Shown here piece after piece: positions 25,906 to 34,012 of a stretch of 43,387 nt of DNA (the stretch's first letter is position 1; each line of letters opens with the position of its first letter). The DNA is taken from positions 1-43,387 of IMG/VR virus record IMGVR_UViG_3300049139_000071; one strand, given 5' to 3'. Under the pieces are notes generated by a model that saw only the letters and a list, made by a program, of their open reading frames with translations, had not been told where the DNA came from and did no database searches. This stretch comes from a virus. Lineage: Duplodnaviria; Caudoviricetes. Position numbers and translations under genes: made by a program.

Positions 25906-26241
25906 ATGAAACGCCTATTCGCGGTTCTCGCTTTCCTTTTGCTCGTCGCCACTCCCGCAGCGGCCCAATGCGTATCGGTCGATAAGGAGCTGGAGACGAT
26001 CAAGTCTCACGACCTAACCGCAACCGCCCTCGAAGGGGAGGCCGTCAAGGCGGCGGAAAAGCTGTTCAACTCGATTCCGCCAGAGACCTATCACATCGTC
26101 GGCGCCGCGCTGATCGTTGATCTCGGAAATGGCGAGGGAGTGCTTGCGGTCGGTCCTGCCGGCGCGATCTGCGGACGCATTCGGTTCAACGCCATGGAAT
26201 GGCCGAAGGTGCGACGGCTTTTGCTGGGGGAAACGGCATAG
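25906..26241 (+). CDS. Secreted/periplasmic protein with Sec signal
   Basis: MKRLFAVLAFLLLVATPAAA|QC; two Cys. Confidence 0.7.
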   Translation: MKRLFAVLAFLLLVATPAAAQCVSVDKELETIKSHDLTATALEGEAVKAAEKLFNSIPPETYHIVGAALIVDLGNGEGVLAVGPAGAICGRIRFNAMEWPKVRRLLLGETA

Positions 26242-26250
26242 GGGCGTAAC

Positions 26251-27426
26251 ATGCCCACGCCGCCACTGAGCGACGCAAAGGCGCTGGAGGCCGTCGAGGC
26301 TCTCCGCAAGTACGGCCGGCAACATCTCGCCTACAAGGCGCTCGGCCTCAACGAAAAGACCTTCCGCAACCGGCTCAGGGTCGCCGCGGAGCGGGGGCTA
26401 GGGGATTACCGGCCGGGACCACCTGGGCCTCCATCCGGCGTCCTGACCGGAACATCAACGCTCTACAAGTTCCCGGAGGACGACCCGGACGGCAGGCTGC
26501 TCCAGTGGGTGAAGGAGAAGCAGGAAGCGCAGTCAACCGCCGATCTCAAAGCGGCCATCCATGACGAGTTCGGCCAGTACAAGGGTTATGCCAAGCTGGT
26601 CCCGCCGCCGAAGGATACCGAGGCAGACCTGTGCAACTACTATCCGATAGTAGACCCGCACATCGGCATGCTCTCCTACGGCAAGGAGACCGGCGAATCC
26701 AACGACCTCAAGATCGGGGTGGCGCGCGTACAGAACACGCTTCAACGCCTGATCGGGCTTTCGCCTCCCGCTGAAACCGGCGTGCTCATCAATACCGGGG
26801 ACTTCTTCCACGCCGACGACCAGCGGAACGTAACGCCGGCATCCGGGCACCATCTAGACGTTGACGGCCGAGACCAAAAGGTCAAATGGGTCGGCGTCAA
26901 TCTGCTGCGCACGTCGATCGACTACGCCTTGCAGCGGCACAAGACCGTCATCGTCAAGAACCTGAAGGGCAACCACGATCCCGAATCCGCGAAGTGGCTC
27001 AATATCGCGCTGGGGCTTTTCTATTCTAACGAGCCTCGCGTCCACATCGACATGGAAGACGGGAACAACGATCACTTCTTCCACCTGTTCGGCGTGAACT
27101 ATACGGCGGCGACGCACGGGCACACGATGAAGCCCGACCGCATGTATATCATGATGGCCGAGGATAACCCCGAATACTGGAACGCCTCGCTCTATCGCTG
27201 GTGCATCTTCGGGCACATCCACCACGAGACTGTAAAGACCGTAGGCTCGGTTCGCTGCGAGTCCTTCTCTCAGCCAGTGCCAAGAGATTCCTTCGCCCAC
27301 AGCCACGGCTACCGCGCCACAAGCGCCATGCAGTCGATCACACTGCATCGGGAGGGCGGCGAGATCGGGCGCAACAAGCAGAACTTCCCGCCGTCGCGCG
27401 GGCGAACCGTCGAGCAGTCGAGGTGA
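26251..27426 (+). CDS. Calcineurin-like metallophosphoesterase with N-terminal HTH
   Basis: DPHIG, GDFFH, GNHD, HGH and GHIHH motifs; N-terminal AYKALGLNEKTFRNRL. Confidence 0.85.
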   Translation: MPTPPLSDAKALEAVEALRKYGRQHLAYKALGLNEKTFRNRLRVAAERGLGDYRPGPPGPPSGVLTGTSTLYKFPEDDPDGRLLQWVKEKQEAQSTADLKAAIHDEFGQYKGYAKLVPPPKDTEADLCNYYPIVDPHIGMLSYGKETGESNDLKIGVARVQNTLQRLIGLSPPAETGVLINTGDFFHADDQRNVTPASGHHLDVDGRDQKVKWVGVNLLRTSIDYALQRHKTVIVKNLKGNHDPESAKWLNIALGLFYSNEPRVHIDMEDGNNDHFFHLFGVNYTAATHGHTMKPDRMYIMMAEDNPEYWNASLYRWCIFGHIHHETVKTVGSVRCESFSQPVPRDSFAHSHGYRATSAMQSITLHREGGEIGRNKQNFPPSRGRTVEQSR

Positions 27427-27430
27427 CACC

Positions 27431-27571
27431 ATGCGCCGCAAGTCAGAACGTCCGTTCCGGCGTGTTCGCAAAGGGCGGCGCTACCTGCCGAACTCGGGGA
27501 CCGAGGATGAAGAAGCAGCTTTCGACACCCCGGAGCTGGAGGATTGGATGACGGCGAGCGGGGGGAAATGA
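27431..27571 (+). CDS. Small basic/acidic protein (46 aa)
   Basis: GAGGTG RBS; MRRKSERPFRRVRKGRR..EDEEAAFDTPELEDW; coupled to the next gene. Confidence 0.5.
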   Translation: MRRKSERPFRRVRKGRRYLPNSGTEDEEAAFDTPELEDWMTASGGK

Positions 27572-27768
27572 GCGAGGCGCTTCAGTTCGGCCCCTACGAT
27601 GTGCCGCCAATCCCGCTATCCGACGCCAGAACGATGCGGCTTGTATTTGAAAGCGGGAAGCCGTTTCTCGTCATCAGCACTGACGATGGCTGGAGGAAAT
27701 ACCGGATCAACAACGATCAGCTCTGGGGTCTGTTTCAGGACATGGCTCCGAAGCTGAGAGGGCGGTAG
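27568..27768 (+). CDS. Hypothetical protein, last rightward gene
   Basis: ATGA coupling; MSEALQFGPYD.. Confidence 0.55.
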   Translation: MSEALQFGPYDVPPIPLSDARTMRLVFESGKPFLVISTDDGWRKYRINNDQLWGLFQDMAPKLRGR

Positions 27769-28003
27769 CGTCCGCTAGCGCGGCGTCGATCATGGCTGTC
27801 CACGGATACCAAGCCCCAAGAGAATCCTCCCCACATTGAGGATTTCCGGCTTCAACCATCGCATCAGTCGGCTTCCGCATTTCCTCGATAGCGGCGCGGG
27901 CCAGCAGGATCGTCATTGGCGTCATCGCAACCCGACTTTGCTCGCGACCGGGTATTGCTCGGTGTATTGCCATCGCCACTCGCTTAATCATTTCGTTCGG
28001 CAC
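27707..28003 (-). CDS. Hypothetical phage protein
   Basis: GGAG RBS; ARAAIEEMRKPTDAMVEAG..W.AMIDAAL, a motif I recognise from alphaproteobacterial phages. Confidence 0.75.
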   Translation of the reverse strand: MPNEMIKRVAMAIHRAIPGREQSRVAMTPMTILLARAAIEEMRKPTDAMVEAGNPQCGEDSLGAWYPWTAMIDAALADATALSASEPCPETDPRADRC

Positions 28004-28048
28004 AATCAGTCTCCATTTACCTGCTCTGAATCTCTCACGGCACTGCCG

Positions 28049-28345
28049 TCATTGTCCCAATTTTGGCCCTAACTTCTTCGATCTCAGGCACTCAGCCCTG
28101 AACTCAGGATCAACCACGAACCTTAGACAAGCCTGCTCCGGCCCATGCCAGACGGGTTCTCCATTCTCCAAGACCGTTCTCCACCCCTCAATTTCCATGA
28201 ACGGCGGCACTACGTCGAACTCGGGATATTCGAAGGCAACGCCATCGGGGTCGTGATCCTTGAACCAAGCGCGGGCCGAGTCGGCATCGGGAAAGCCGAT
28301 CAGCCGGTCCTTCTTGCCGTGGCGTCGTTCTGTGTATATCCACAT
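28049..28345 (-). CDS. Hypothetical protein
   Basis: FPDADSARAWFKDHDPDGVAFEY. Confidence 0.65.
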   Translation of the reverse strand: MWIYTERRHGKKDRLIGFPDADSARAWFKDHDPDGVAFEYPEFDVVPPFMEIEGWRTVLENGEPVWHGPEQACLRFVVDPEFRAECLRSKKLGPKLGQ

Positions 28346-28364
28346 TGGGGGACCATTGCCGCTT

Positions 28365-28592
28365 CTAGGTGTTGGCGCTCATCGCTGGTGATCCTTGGGT
28401 AGGAGATGGCGGCTTCGCTTCCGGGTTGTTTAGGAAGTGCTGAAGCAATGGAAAAACGTCATTGAGATTTACCCACTTCTCGCCATTCCAAATGACTTCG
28501 ACCATATGCCAGTGCTTCTGGCCGCCATCGCAGTGGCAGGGCTCGTCCGCCGCGTTCATGACAACCGTTCCGATCTGGTATCTATCGCGCAT
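28365..28592 (-). CDS. Hypothetical protein
   Basis: ORF on the operon strand. Confidence 0.5.
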   Translation of the reverse strand: MRDRYQIGTVVMNAADEPCHCDGGQKHWHMVEVIWNGEKWVNLNDVFPLLQHFLNNPEAKPPSPTQGSPAMSANT

Positions 28593-28658
28593 CTCGTCAT
28601 TCCCTGCGTTGATTTACCTGTAATGATTCTCGCGCGGCAGAGCGTTCATTGTCCCCGG

Positions 28659-28686
28659 AATCTAGGGTGCCGGGGGCGGGGTGCAA
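28659..28686 (-). promoter_or_regulatory. Putative sigma70 promoter inside the left operon
   Basis: Minus strand TTGCAC-N16-TAGATT in an intergenic gap. Confidence 0.5.
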
Positions 28687-28714
28687 GGTGGTTGCTTAGG
28701 ATTGACGGGCTGCG

Positions 28715-28888
28715 TCAGGCATACCATTTATCGACCTTCTCCCACTCATCCACCACGTCACCGTAACCGAGCGATCGGAGTAGATCGCAGATAGCATCAT
28801 CTGCGCGCGAGTGGGCGGCCTCGGTATCGCCGGGTTGTTGGCAGTCCCTCAGAATGGCGATGGCTGCCTGCCGTAGTTCTTCGCTCAT
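28715..28888 (-). CDS. Small conserved-looking phage protein (57 aa)
   Basis: MSEELRQAA..DTEAAHSRADDAICDLLRSLGYGDVVDEWEKVDKWYA; GGAG RBS; coupled. Confidence 0.75.
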   Translation of the reverse strand: MSEELRQAAIAILRDCQQPGDTEAAHSRADDAICDLLRSLGYGDVVDEWEKVDKWYA

Positions 28889-29190
28889 TTGTCGCTCTCC
28901 ACTTGCTGCTCACAACCGCTCAGGTGCGCGATCACAGCGTCGGCCGCGTCGCGCATGTCCTTCTGGGTCCACGATGTCATCACTTCAAACTCTGCTTTGA
29001 AGAGTGCCATTGTTAGCACCCGCGCAATCTCCTCCCTCTCGGGGAGGCTGCGGAGGGCGGCGCATTCCAGCGCCCTGATTTGCGGTGCAATCAGCCCGTC
29101 CGCGAATTGCTTCTGATCCTTTACGGCGCCAACTGCTAGTTGCGCGTAGGCGTGCCTTAGTTGCGCTATCGCGAACGCAAGCTCACTCAT
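28885..29190 (-). CDS. Hypothetical protein
   Basis: GGAGGA RBS before MSELAFA; ATGA coupling. Confidence 0.65.
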   Translation of the reverse strand: MSELAFAIAQLRHAYAQLAVGAVKDQKQFADGLIAPQIRALECAALRSLPEREEIARVLTMALFKAEFEVMTSWTQKDMRDAADAVIAHLSGCEQQVESDK

Positions 29191-29480
29191 CCCCGGTCCT
29201 CCTTCGATTGCTCGGCGGGATTGGCGAGGTGTGCCAGTATGGCGTCCGCCGCCTTGCGAAAACCGTCCATGCCGTGGATATTGGTTCTCAAGTTCTTGTA
29301 GAGCACGGCGGCTAGCGTCTCTCTTTCGGCGGGACATCTCGGGCGAACAAGCGAGATGCCGCGAAGTGCCGCCCGCGCCTCGGTCAGCACATACTGACGC
29401 CCTTCATGATCGCTGCCGCATTCCTCGATCCAGCCCACGGCTTGGCTGAGAGCGTCTACAAGTGTCTCTTGATTGGTCAT
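29187..29480 (-). CDS. Hypothetical protein
   Basis: Coupled; shares the R.AADA(I/V).AHL ending with its neighbour. Confidence 0.65.
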   Translation of the reverse strand: MTNQETLVDALSQAVGWIEECGSDHEGRQYVLTEARAALRGISLVRPRCPAERETLAAVLYKNLRTNIHGMDGFRKAADAILAHLANPAEQSKEDRG

Positions 29481-29656
29481 CGTCGTTGTGATCCTGTGAC
29501 ACGTCGCCTCCTGTAAAGGAGATACAGGGCCGCGCCGCGAGTCCGATATTCACGGGAGCGGACAAGGTTCGGCCACTTCCGGCATATGCGTCCGGCCTTG
29601 AACTCGTGCTTCGCGAGTTCGATTAGATCGACCGGAGGGTGGTTGGCGCTAGTCAT
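29477..29656 (-). CDS. Small basic protein (59 aa)
   Basis: MTSANHPPVDLIELAKHEF..; ATGA coupling. Confidence 0.45.
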   Translation of the reverse strand: MTSANHPPVDLIELAKHEFKAGRICRKWPNLVRSREYRTRGAALYLLYRRRRVTGSQRR

Positions 29657-29668
29657 CGGTCAACAGCG

Positions 29669-29881
29669 TCAGGGTGCGGCGTTGTAGGCTTCGACGGCGG
29701 CTTCCAGATCAGGGCCATGGAATTTCATGGCGTCGTGGTCCTTCACGCGAAAGTCTCCGGTAAGACTGTTGCGCTCCAGCTTTTTCTGGCTTCCGCTACC
29801 AAAGCTGGCCGCGACCTGATCCCAGGTTTCTTGGTTCAGGTAGGTATCGACCTCTTCGACCGTTATCGTATGGCGGCTCAT
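29669..29881 (-). CDS. Hypothetical protein
   Basis: GAGG RBS. Confidence 0.65.
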   Translation of the reverse strand: MSRHTITVEEVDTYLNQETWDQVAASFGSGSQKKLERNSLTGDFRVKDHDAMKFHGPDLEAAVEAYNAAP

Positions 29882-29914
29882 TGCCTCATCTCGCTCGTTT
29901 CGTGTTGCTATCGA

Positions 29915-30109
29915 TCACTTCTCAGCCAAGCAGTCGCCGTTCGTGTTGTACGGATCGAAGGCCCACTCGCAGGTTTTCCGGGCTGAGCAATCGTCGCAAC
30001 TGAAGGCGTCGATGTCGAACTGTTTGGCGGCCGAGGCGCGCAGTTCGGCTAAGGTTTCGTCGCTGCGTTCCGCTCCAAGAGCTGCTGCCCAAGTGCCCAT
30101 TTGCCTCAC
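29915..30109 (-). CDS. Small Cys-rich protein
   Basis: CDDC....TCEWAFDPYNTNGDCLAEK. Confidence 0.7.
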   Translation of the reverse strand: MRQMGTWAAALGAERSDETLAELRASAAKQFDIDAFSCDDCSARKTCEWAFDPYNTNGDCLAEK

Positions 30110-30360
30110 TCCTTCAATCCCGCGCTGCTATTGGCGGAGCGTCGTTCGATACAGCCTTGGGCGCATTCGTCGCTAACGGCCGCACAAAGCTCTCCGTCTG
30201 GACAGGGGGGTTTCGTTTGCCCGCGCCCGAGAACGCTCGCGAACCGCTTGCGTAACGTTTCCCGCTCATACCTATCAACCTCGCTGTTCTCTGTCGTGTC
30301 GTGGTGCAGGACGCTGATTGCCTCCTGAACCAAAGCGTCAATCAGAGTTTCGCGGCCCAT
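30106..30360 (-). CDS. Hypothetical protein
   Basis: Coupled ORF. Confidence 0.55.
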   Translation of the reverse strand: MGRETLIDALVQEAISVLHHDTTENSEVDRYERETLRKRFASVLGRGQTKPPCPDGELCAAVSDECAQGCIERRSANSSAGLKE

Positions 30361-30377
30361 GGCTCAATCTTTCCCAA

Positions 30378-30566
30378 TCACTCGCGGGGTGTGGCGTAAA
30401 GTTCGTCAGCCTCGATTGCTTTGGCAATGTCCTCTCCCGTTACCTGGCGCACATGCCGCTTGGACAAGGGCAATAGTTTCGGGAAGGATCGAGCTATCTC
30501 GGCGCACCGTTCGCGCGTCTCGCGCTCAGCCATAACCACCAGTTCACCCGCATTTACGATGCTCAT
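30378..30566 (-). CDS. Hypothetical protein
   Basis: GAGGAG RBS; ERCAEIA..IAKAI motif. Confidence 0.7.
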   Translation of the reverse strand: MSIVNAGELVVMAERETRERCAEIARSFPKLLPLSKRHVRQVTGEDIAKAIEADELYATPRE

Positions 30567-30588
30567 TGCTTCAGCTCCTCAGTAACGG

Positions 30589-30942
30589 TTAGTTATTGCC
30601 GCCGTTGTGGAGTTCGAGCCGCTCAGACTCCGCGCTCGGCGGCGTTTCGTAGTTCCAACTCTGATGGCAGTCGGGGCAGTAGTAATGGCCGCTTGAGGAG
30701 CCGTCTGAGCTGACCGAACCGCTACCCATGCGGCGCGGGTGCTTGCATGTTCGGCGCCGCTCGGCCGCCTGGAAGGCCTCATAGGCGGCTATGGCGTCAC
30801 GCGCAGCCTCGTCGTAACCGCCGAGCTTCACGGGGCATCGGGTGCGACCACCTTGCGCGGGCCACTGGCAGCAGTTGATGCCTTCGCAGGTCCGAGACTT
30901 GCAGATCGCTGTGGCCACTGATCGGATTAGAAGTTCGCTCAT
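30589..30942 (-). CDS. Cys-rich putative zinc-binding protein
   Basis: Start MSELLIR; C....C....CC..C plus CKH..CPDC. Confidence 0.65.
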   Translation of the reverse strand: MSELLIRSVATAICKSRTCEGINCCQWPAQGGRTRCPVKLGGYDEAARDAIAAYEAFQAAERRRTCKHPRRMGSGSVSSDGSSSGHYYCPDCHQSWNYETPPSAESERLELHNGGNN

Positions 30943-31277
30943 CTCTCGGCGCTCCCATGGCACAGTCGCCGAGGTGCGACGTTGCTGCCGCAAGTACAGG
31001 CCCCAACGGGCAAAGCTGGCCCATTGTGAACCGGACAACTTGAGTCGTGCTGACCATCCGCGAGGCAGGCGTCGCACTGGCAGGATTGGCTTTGCGCGAC
31101 CGAGAGCCACATGGTCGGGTAGAAGCCGTGGCCCATCGGGTTGGCTGCCTTATCCACGCACTCCCATTCGTGTTCGCGCCACACCACAATTGCGATGTAG
31201 CCCTTTGCTGGGTCGCAGGCGCAGATTCGCCGGCCATCCTTTGGCGCCGTCTTGATCGGTTGCCACATGATCGTCAT
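30939..31277 (-). CDS. DUF551-like protein with Cys-rich tail
   Basis: WQPIKTAPKDG..PTMW; CQCDAC..H...C.VHN..CTCG. Confidence 0.7.
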   Translation of the reverse strand: MTIMWQPIKTAPKDGRRICACDPAKGYIAIVVWREHEWECVDKAANPMGHGFYPTMWLSVAQSQSCQCDACLADGQHDSSCPVHNGPALPVGACTCGSNVAPRRLCHGSAER

Positions 31278-31279
31278 TC

Positions 31280-31516
31280 CTACTGATCAGTGCCGCGCCC
31301 CGAGAGGCCGGCCTTGTACCGCTCCAGGTCATTCGTATTGGCGGCGAACTGCGCGAGCAGCGCCTTGTCGTCGGGATGTTTCTGCAGCCCGTCGATGTTC
31401 TGGATCAGCGTCCGGCAGCGGTGCTGAAGGCCCTCGTCTGTCGTCTCTGCGGCGGTCTCGACAAGCTTGCTTCGGACTGTGAGCAGCGCGTTGCGCTCGA
31501 TGGATGGATCGGTCAT
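31280..31516 (-). CDS. Hypothetical protein
   Basis: Helical ORF directly left of attP. Confidence 0.65.
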   Translation of the reverse strand: MTDPSIERNALLTVRSKLVETAAETTDEGLQHRCRTLIQNIDGLQKHPDDKALLAQFAANTNDLERYKAGLSGRGTDQ

Positions 31517-31565
31517 TTCGTGAACCCGTTTTGCAAAACACGAGGGAGAATCTGCAAAACATCGG

Positions 31566-31596
31566 TTGACGCTAGGGCGAAAAACCGAGCAAAACC
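31566..31596 (+). promoter_or_regulatory. Putative replacement promoter for the host tRNA
   Basis: TTGACG-N17-GCAAAACC ending about 8 nt before the tRNA 5' end. Confidence 0.5.
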
Positions 31597-31603
31597 AATG
31601 CGC

Positions 31604-31643
31604 GCGGGCATGGCGAAATTGGTAGACGCAAGGGACTTAAAAT
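31604..31643 (+). other. attP identity block: 5' half of tRNA-Leu(TAA), ending just after the anticodon loop
   Basis: GCGGGCA-TG-GCGAAATTGGTAGACGC-A-AGGGA-CTTAAAA-T, then tRNA similarity stops; 100 bp from the integrase stop. Confidence 0.88.
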
Positions 31644-31739
31644 GCGTTGGCCTCATTGTTCCGCCTAGTCTTTCCCTGCAAACATCGCTCTTTAATCCTA
31701 TCAGAAACGATGGGACAAAACGAGATTTGCAAAACATTT

Positions 31740-32819
31740 TCACCGCTTCTTGCGCTCGAATGCGCGAATGACTTTCGACTCGTTCTCGACGTGCCGCGTG
31801 TAGTGCTTGCCCATCGCTTCAGAACGATCGCCAAGAGCCGCAGCAACGTCGCCGTCAGAACTTCCCTCGCGCCCAAGCTCGGCAGCGTAGGACACGCGCA
31901 GCCCGTGCAGCGTGGCTCCAGGCTCGACCGCGGACGTATCCTGAATGCCTCGCAGGAAGTGGCTAACGTCTGTCTGCATCTGCTTCTCGTCCTTCCACGG
32001 CGTACCGTCCGCTTTGGTCGCGATCAGCGTTGACGTGCGGGTCAGGGCGTCGAGATAGGCTTGCAGCTCAGGCGCAGCCGGAATCCAGATCGGCTCCTTG
32101 TTCTTCCTGACGACCAGCCGGAAGCATTTCCCGAAGCGCGGATCGGCCTGGTAGTGCTTCCATTGCAGCTTGGCGATCGTCTGACCGCGGAAGCCAGCGA
32201 ACCGCGCCAGCATCATCGGCGTCTTGATCTCTGCCGGCGCCAGCCGGATGGCGTCCCGCCACTCGTCAGGGTGCCATTCCCGATTGGAATTCGGGTCGGC
32301 CTTGTGCGCCTTGTCGATGCCCTTGGCCGGGTTGACTGGCATCTTTCCGCGCTTGACGGCCTCGGTGAACATGGACGACAGGGCGGCCATCATCTTGTCG
32401 GCGAAGCGCGGCCACTTCTGGACGGCGCAACGGTCGCGGACCTCGTAAAGGGTCGGCTGCGTGATTGTATCGAGCGGCGCGTCGAACTCGGGGCGCAGAT
32501 AAAGGTAGGCTGCCCGGTAGTCCTTCTTGGTGGCGTCTTCCAGCTTGGCGAACCTGGGGCATTCGTTCTCGAACCATTCGACCAAGGCGCCGAGCGTTCC
32601 CGCCGGATAGGTCCGCTTCAGGTCACGCTTTCGCTTGCTGTTGTACAGGGCGATCATGTCTGGCATGGCGAGGCGGCGCAGCAGATCGGCGCGCTTGCCT
32701 TCAAAGCCCTTCAGCAACGGCTCTCCCGTCTCCCGGAGGTAGACGTAGAACCGGCCCCGCGCGCGGACTATGTTAAGCCCTTCGAGCTTCACTTTGACCA
32801 CCATTGATGCGCTCCCCAA
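31740..32819 (-). CDS. int: Tyrosine integrase
   Basis: AGFRG, LHGLR, ALGD and KHYTR catalytic pattern; next to attP; true start may be the MVVKVK Met. Confidence 0.93.
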   Translation of the reverse strand: MGSASMVVKVKLEGLNIVRARGRFYVYLRETGEPLLKGFEGKRADLLRRLAMPDMIALYNSKRKRDLKRTYPAGTLGALVEWFENECPRFAKLEDATKKDYRAAYLYLRPEFDAPLDTITQPTLYEVRDRCAVQKWPRFADKMMAALSSMFTEAVKRGKMPVNPAKGIDKAHKADPNSNREWHPDEWRDAIRLAPAEIKTPMMLARFAGFRGQTIAKLQWKHYQADPRFGKCFRLVVRKNKEPIWIPAAPELQAYLDALTRTSTLIATKADGTPWKDEKQMQTDVSHFLRGIQDTSAVEPGATLHGLRVSYAAELGREGSSDGDVAAALGDRSEAMGKHYTRHVENESKVIRAFERKKR

Positions 32820-33033
32820 AACGCCGGACAGGGGAGTTTTGCTTGTTCGGGTCCAGAGACGCCAGCCATTCGTCCAGCCTTGTCCGCAAATATCTTTGCC
32901 CGCGGGAGGACTCCGTGAAGGCTATCGGCTTGACCGGGCAAACGTTTTTGAATGTATCAACGGACAGGCCAGAGTAGGCCGCCGCCTGATCCAGGCGCAG
33001 AGCAGCGGGCCAGTATGGCAGGCCGTCAGTCAC
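32773..33033 (-). CDS. xis: Excisionase / recombination directionality factor
   Basis: WPAALRLDQAAAYSGLSVDTF..YLRTRLDEWL winged helix; overlaps the int start. Confidence 0.8.
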   Translation of the reverse strand: MTDGLPYWPAALRLDQAAAYSGLSVDTFKNVCPVKPIAFTESSRGQRYLRTRLDEWLASLDPNKQNSPVRRFGERINGGQSEARRA

Positions 33034-33284
33034 TTTGCCGCTGGTCCTTCATGATTTGAGACAATAGGCTCTGTGCGGCCCAGCTCCAGGCAGTCCGCAA
33101 AGAACTCATGGCGCAACATCAGCATGTTCTGCCAATCGCCCATTCCGGCAACGATCTGTGCGGCGGCAATGTCTCCCTGCCGAACGTCGGCCTCGGCCTT
33201 CAAGAACAGATCGGCAATTGCTCGCATATCGCTCGCGATGCGATCTTGATAGTCGCTGAATGACATGGGTGTTGGCTGCGTCAT
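33030..33284 (-). CDS. Hypothetical protein
   Basis: ATGA coupling, start MTQPTP. Confidence 0.6.
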   Translation of the reverse strand: MTQPTPMSFSDYQDRIASDMRAIADLFLKAEADVRQGDIAAAQIVAGMGDWQNMLMLRHEFFADCLELGRTEPIVSNHEGPAAK

Positions 33285-33718
33285 CGCGCGGCATCCTTTT
33301 GGCTGTTGGCGATAATGGGCGCGGCGCTCCACTCAATCAGGTTGCCCTTGAATGGCAGCCCGTGCTCGCGCTCGAAAAATTCAACCATCTCAGGGAAGCT
33401 GTCGAAACCGTCAGCCCGCGCGAAGTCGCCTTCGTATCGTTCTGGATCAGGTCCGCCCTGGTAAGCAGGTGCATCGCCCGCGTAGAGTTGACGGCCATCC
33501 AACTTGATCCCCATGTGGTCGATCTCGACGGAGCGAATGCGCACGCAAAGGCTGTCTCCAAGCTTCCGGCAGCCCTTCTGCCGCATGCCAGTATAGAGCT
33601 GGAGCCTGTCGCCCTTCTTCGGGTCACGGCCGTCCTTGCGAGGCGCGCGGATGCTGCGGCGCTTGCGGCCGTCCTCAACGTCATCCGCGAATTGTGCTTT
33701 GAAGTTCAGCGCGACCAT
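33281..33718 (-). CDS. ASCH-domain protein
   Basis: LNFK..F...V.DGRKRRSIR..GDRLQLYTGMR..FARADGF. Confidence 0.8.
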   Translation of the reverse strand: MVALNFKAQFADDVEDGRKRRSIRAPRKDGRDPKKGDRLQLYTGMRQKGCRKLGDSLCVRIRSVEIDHMGIKLDGRQLYAGDAPAYQGGPDPERYEGDFARADGFDSFPEMVEFFEREHGLPFKGNLIEWSAAPIIANSQKDAAR

Positions 33719-33721
33719 GCG

Positions 33722-34012
33722 TCAGCGGGCCTCTGTTTCACGCTCATGGCGAGGTATCGCCGAGCACTTCGGGCACTTCGCTTTCAGCATTCTGTCTGTC
33801 CGACCAGTCCACCCGTGCCGACGGAACACTTTGGCTATATCGACAGAGCCGACGGTCTCCCAACCGTATCCGCTTGATCCCTCAATCACGTCGGAGGCGT
33901 TGCATGTCGTGCATTCGAGCCAAATACCCCGAGGCCCGCCGAAGGTGCATTGCGCCATGGCGATGCCGTAGATTTGCGGTCGCAGTTTTGCTCTGGCAAT
34001 CAACGTGTTCAT
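33722..34012 (-). CDS. Zn-ribbon-like hypothetical protein
   Basis: CTTC..FRRHGW..CPKC. Confidence 0.7.
   Translation of the reverse strand: MNTLIARAKLRPQIYGIAMAQCTFGGPRGIWLECTTCNASDVIEGSSGYGWETVGSVDIAKVFRRHGWTGRTDRMLKAKCPKCSAIPRHERETEAR

Larger units (their letters stand above)
31532..31736. repeat. Putative integrase arm-type sites of attP
   Basis: TGCAAAACA at 31532, 31553, 31728; TGCAAACA at 31677; GCAAAAC at 31589; flank the core on both sides. Confidence 0.7.

Noticed and set aside
28441-28451. 11-nt match (TGAAGCAATGG) to the variable-arm loop of the tRNA-like RNA as an antisense target
   Set aside because: Lies mid-ORF, and a match this short is plausible by chance given the number of windows compared
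31604-31690. Complete tRNA-Leu gene
   Set aside because: Similarity stops one base after the anticodon loop; no 3' anticodon stem, T arm or acceptor strand; better explained as attP
31820-31850. Integrase inactivation (LGD in place of the usual LGH/W)
   Set aside because: The other catalytic residues, xis and a complete attP are intact; this position is variable among tyrosine recombinases
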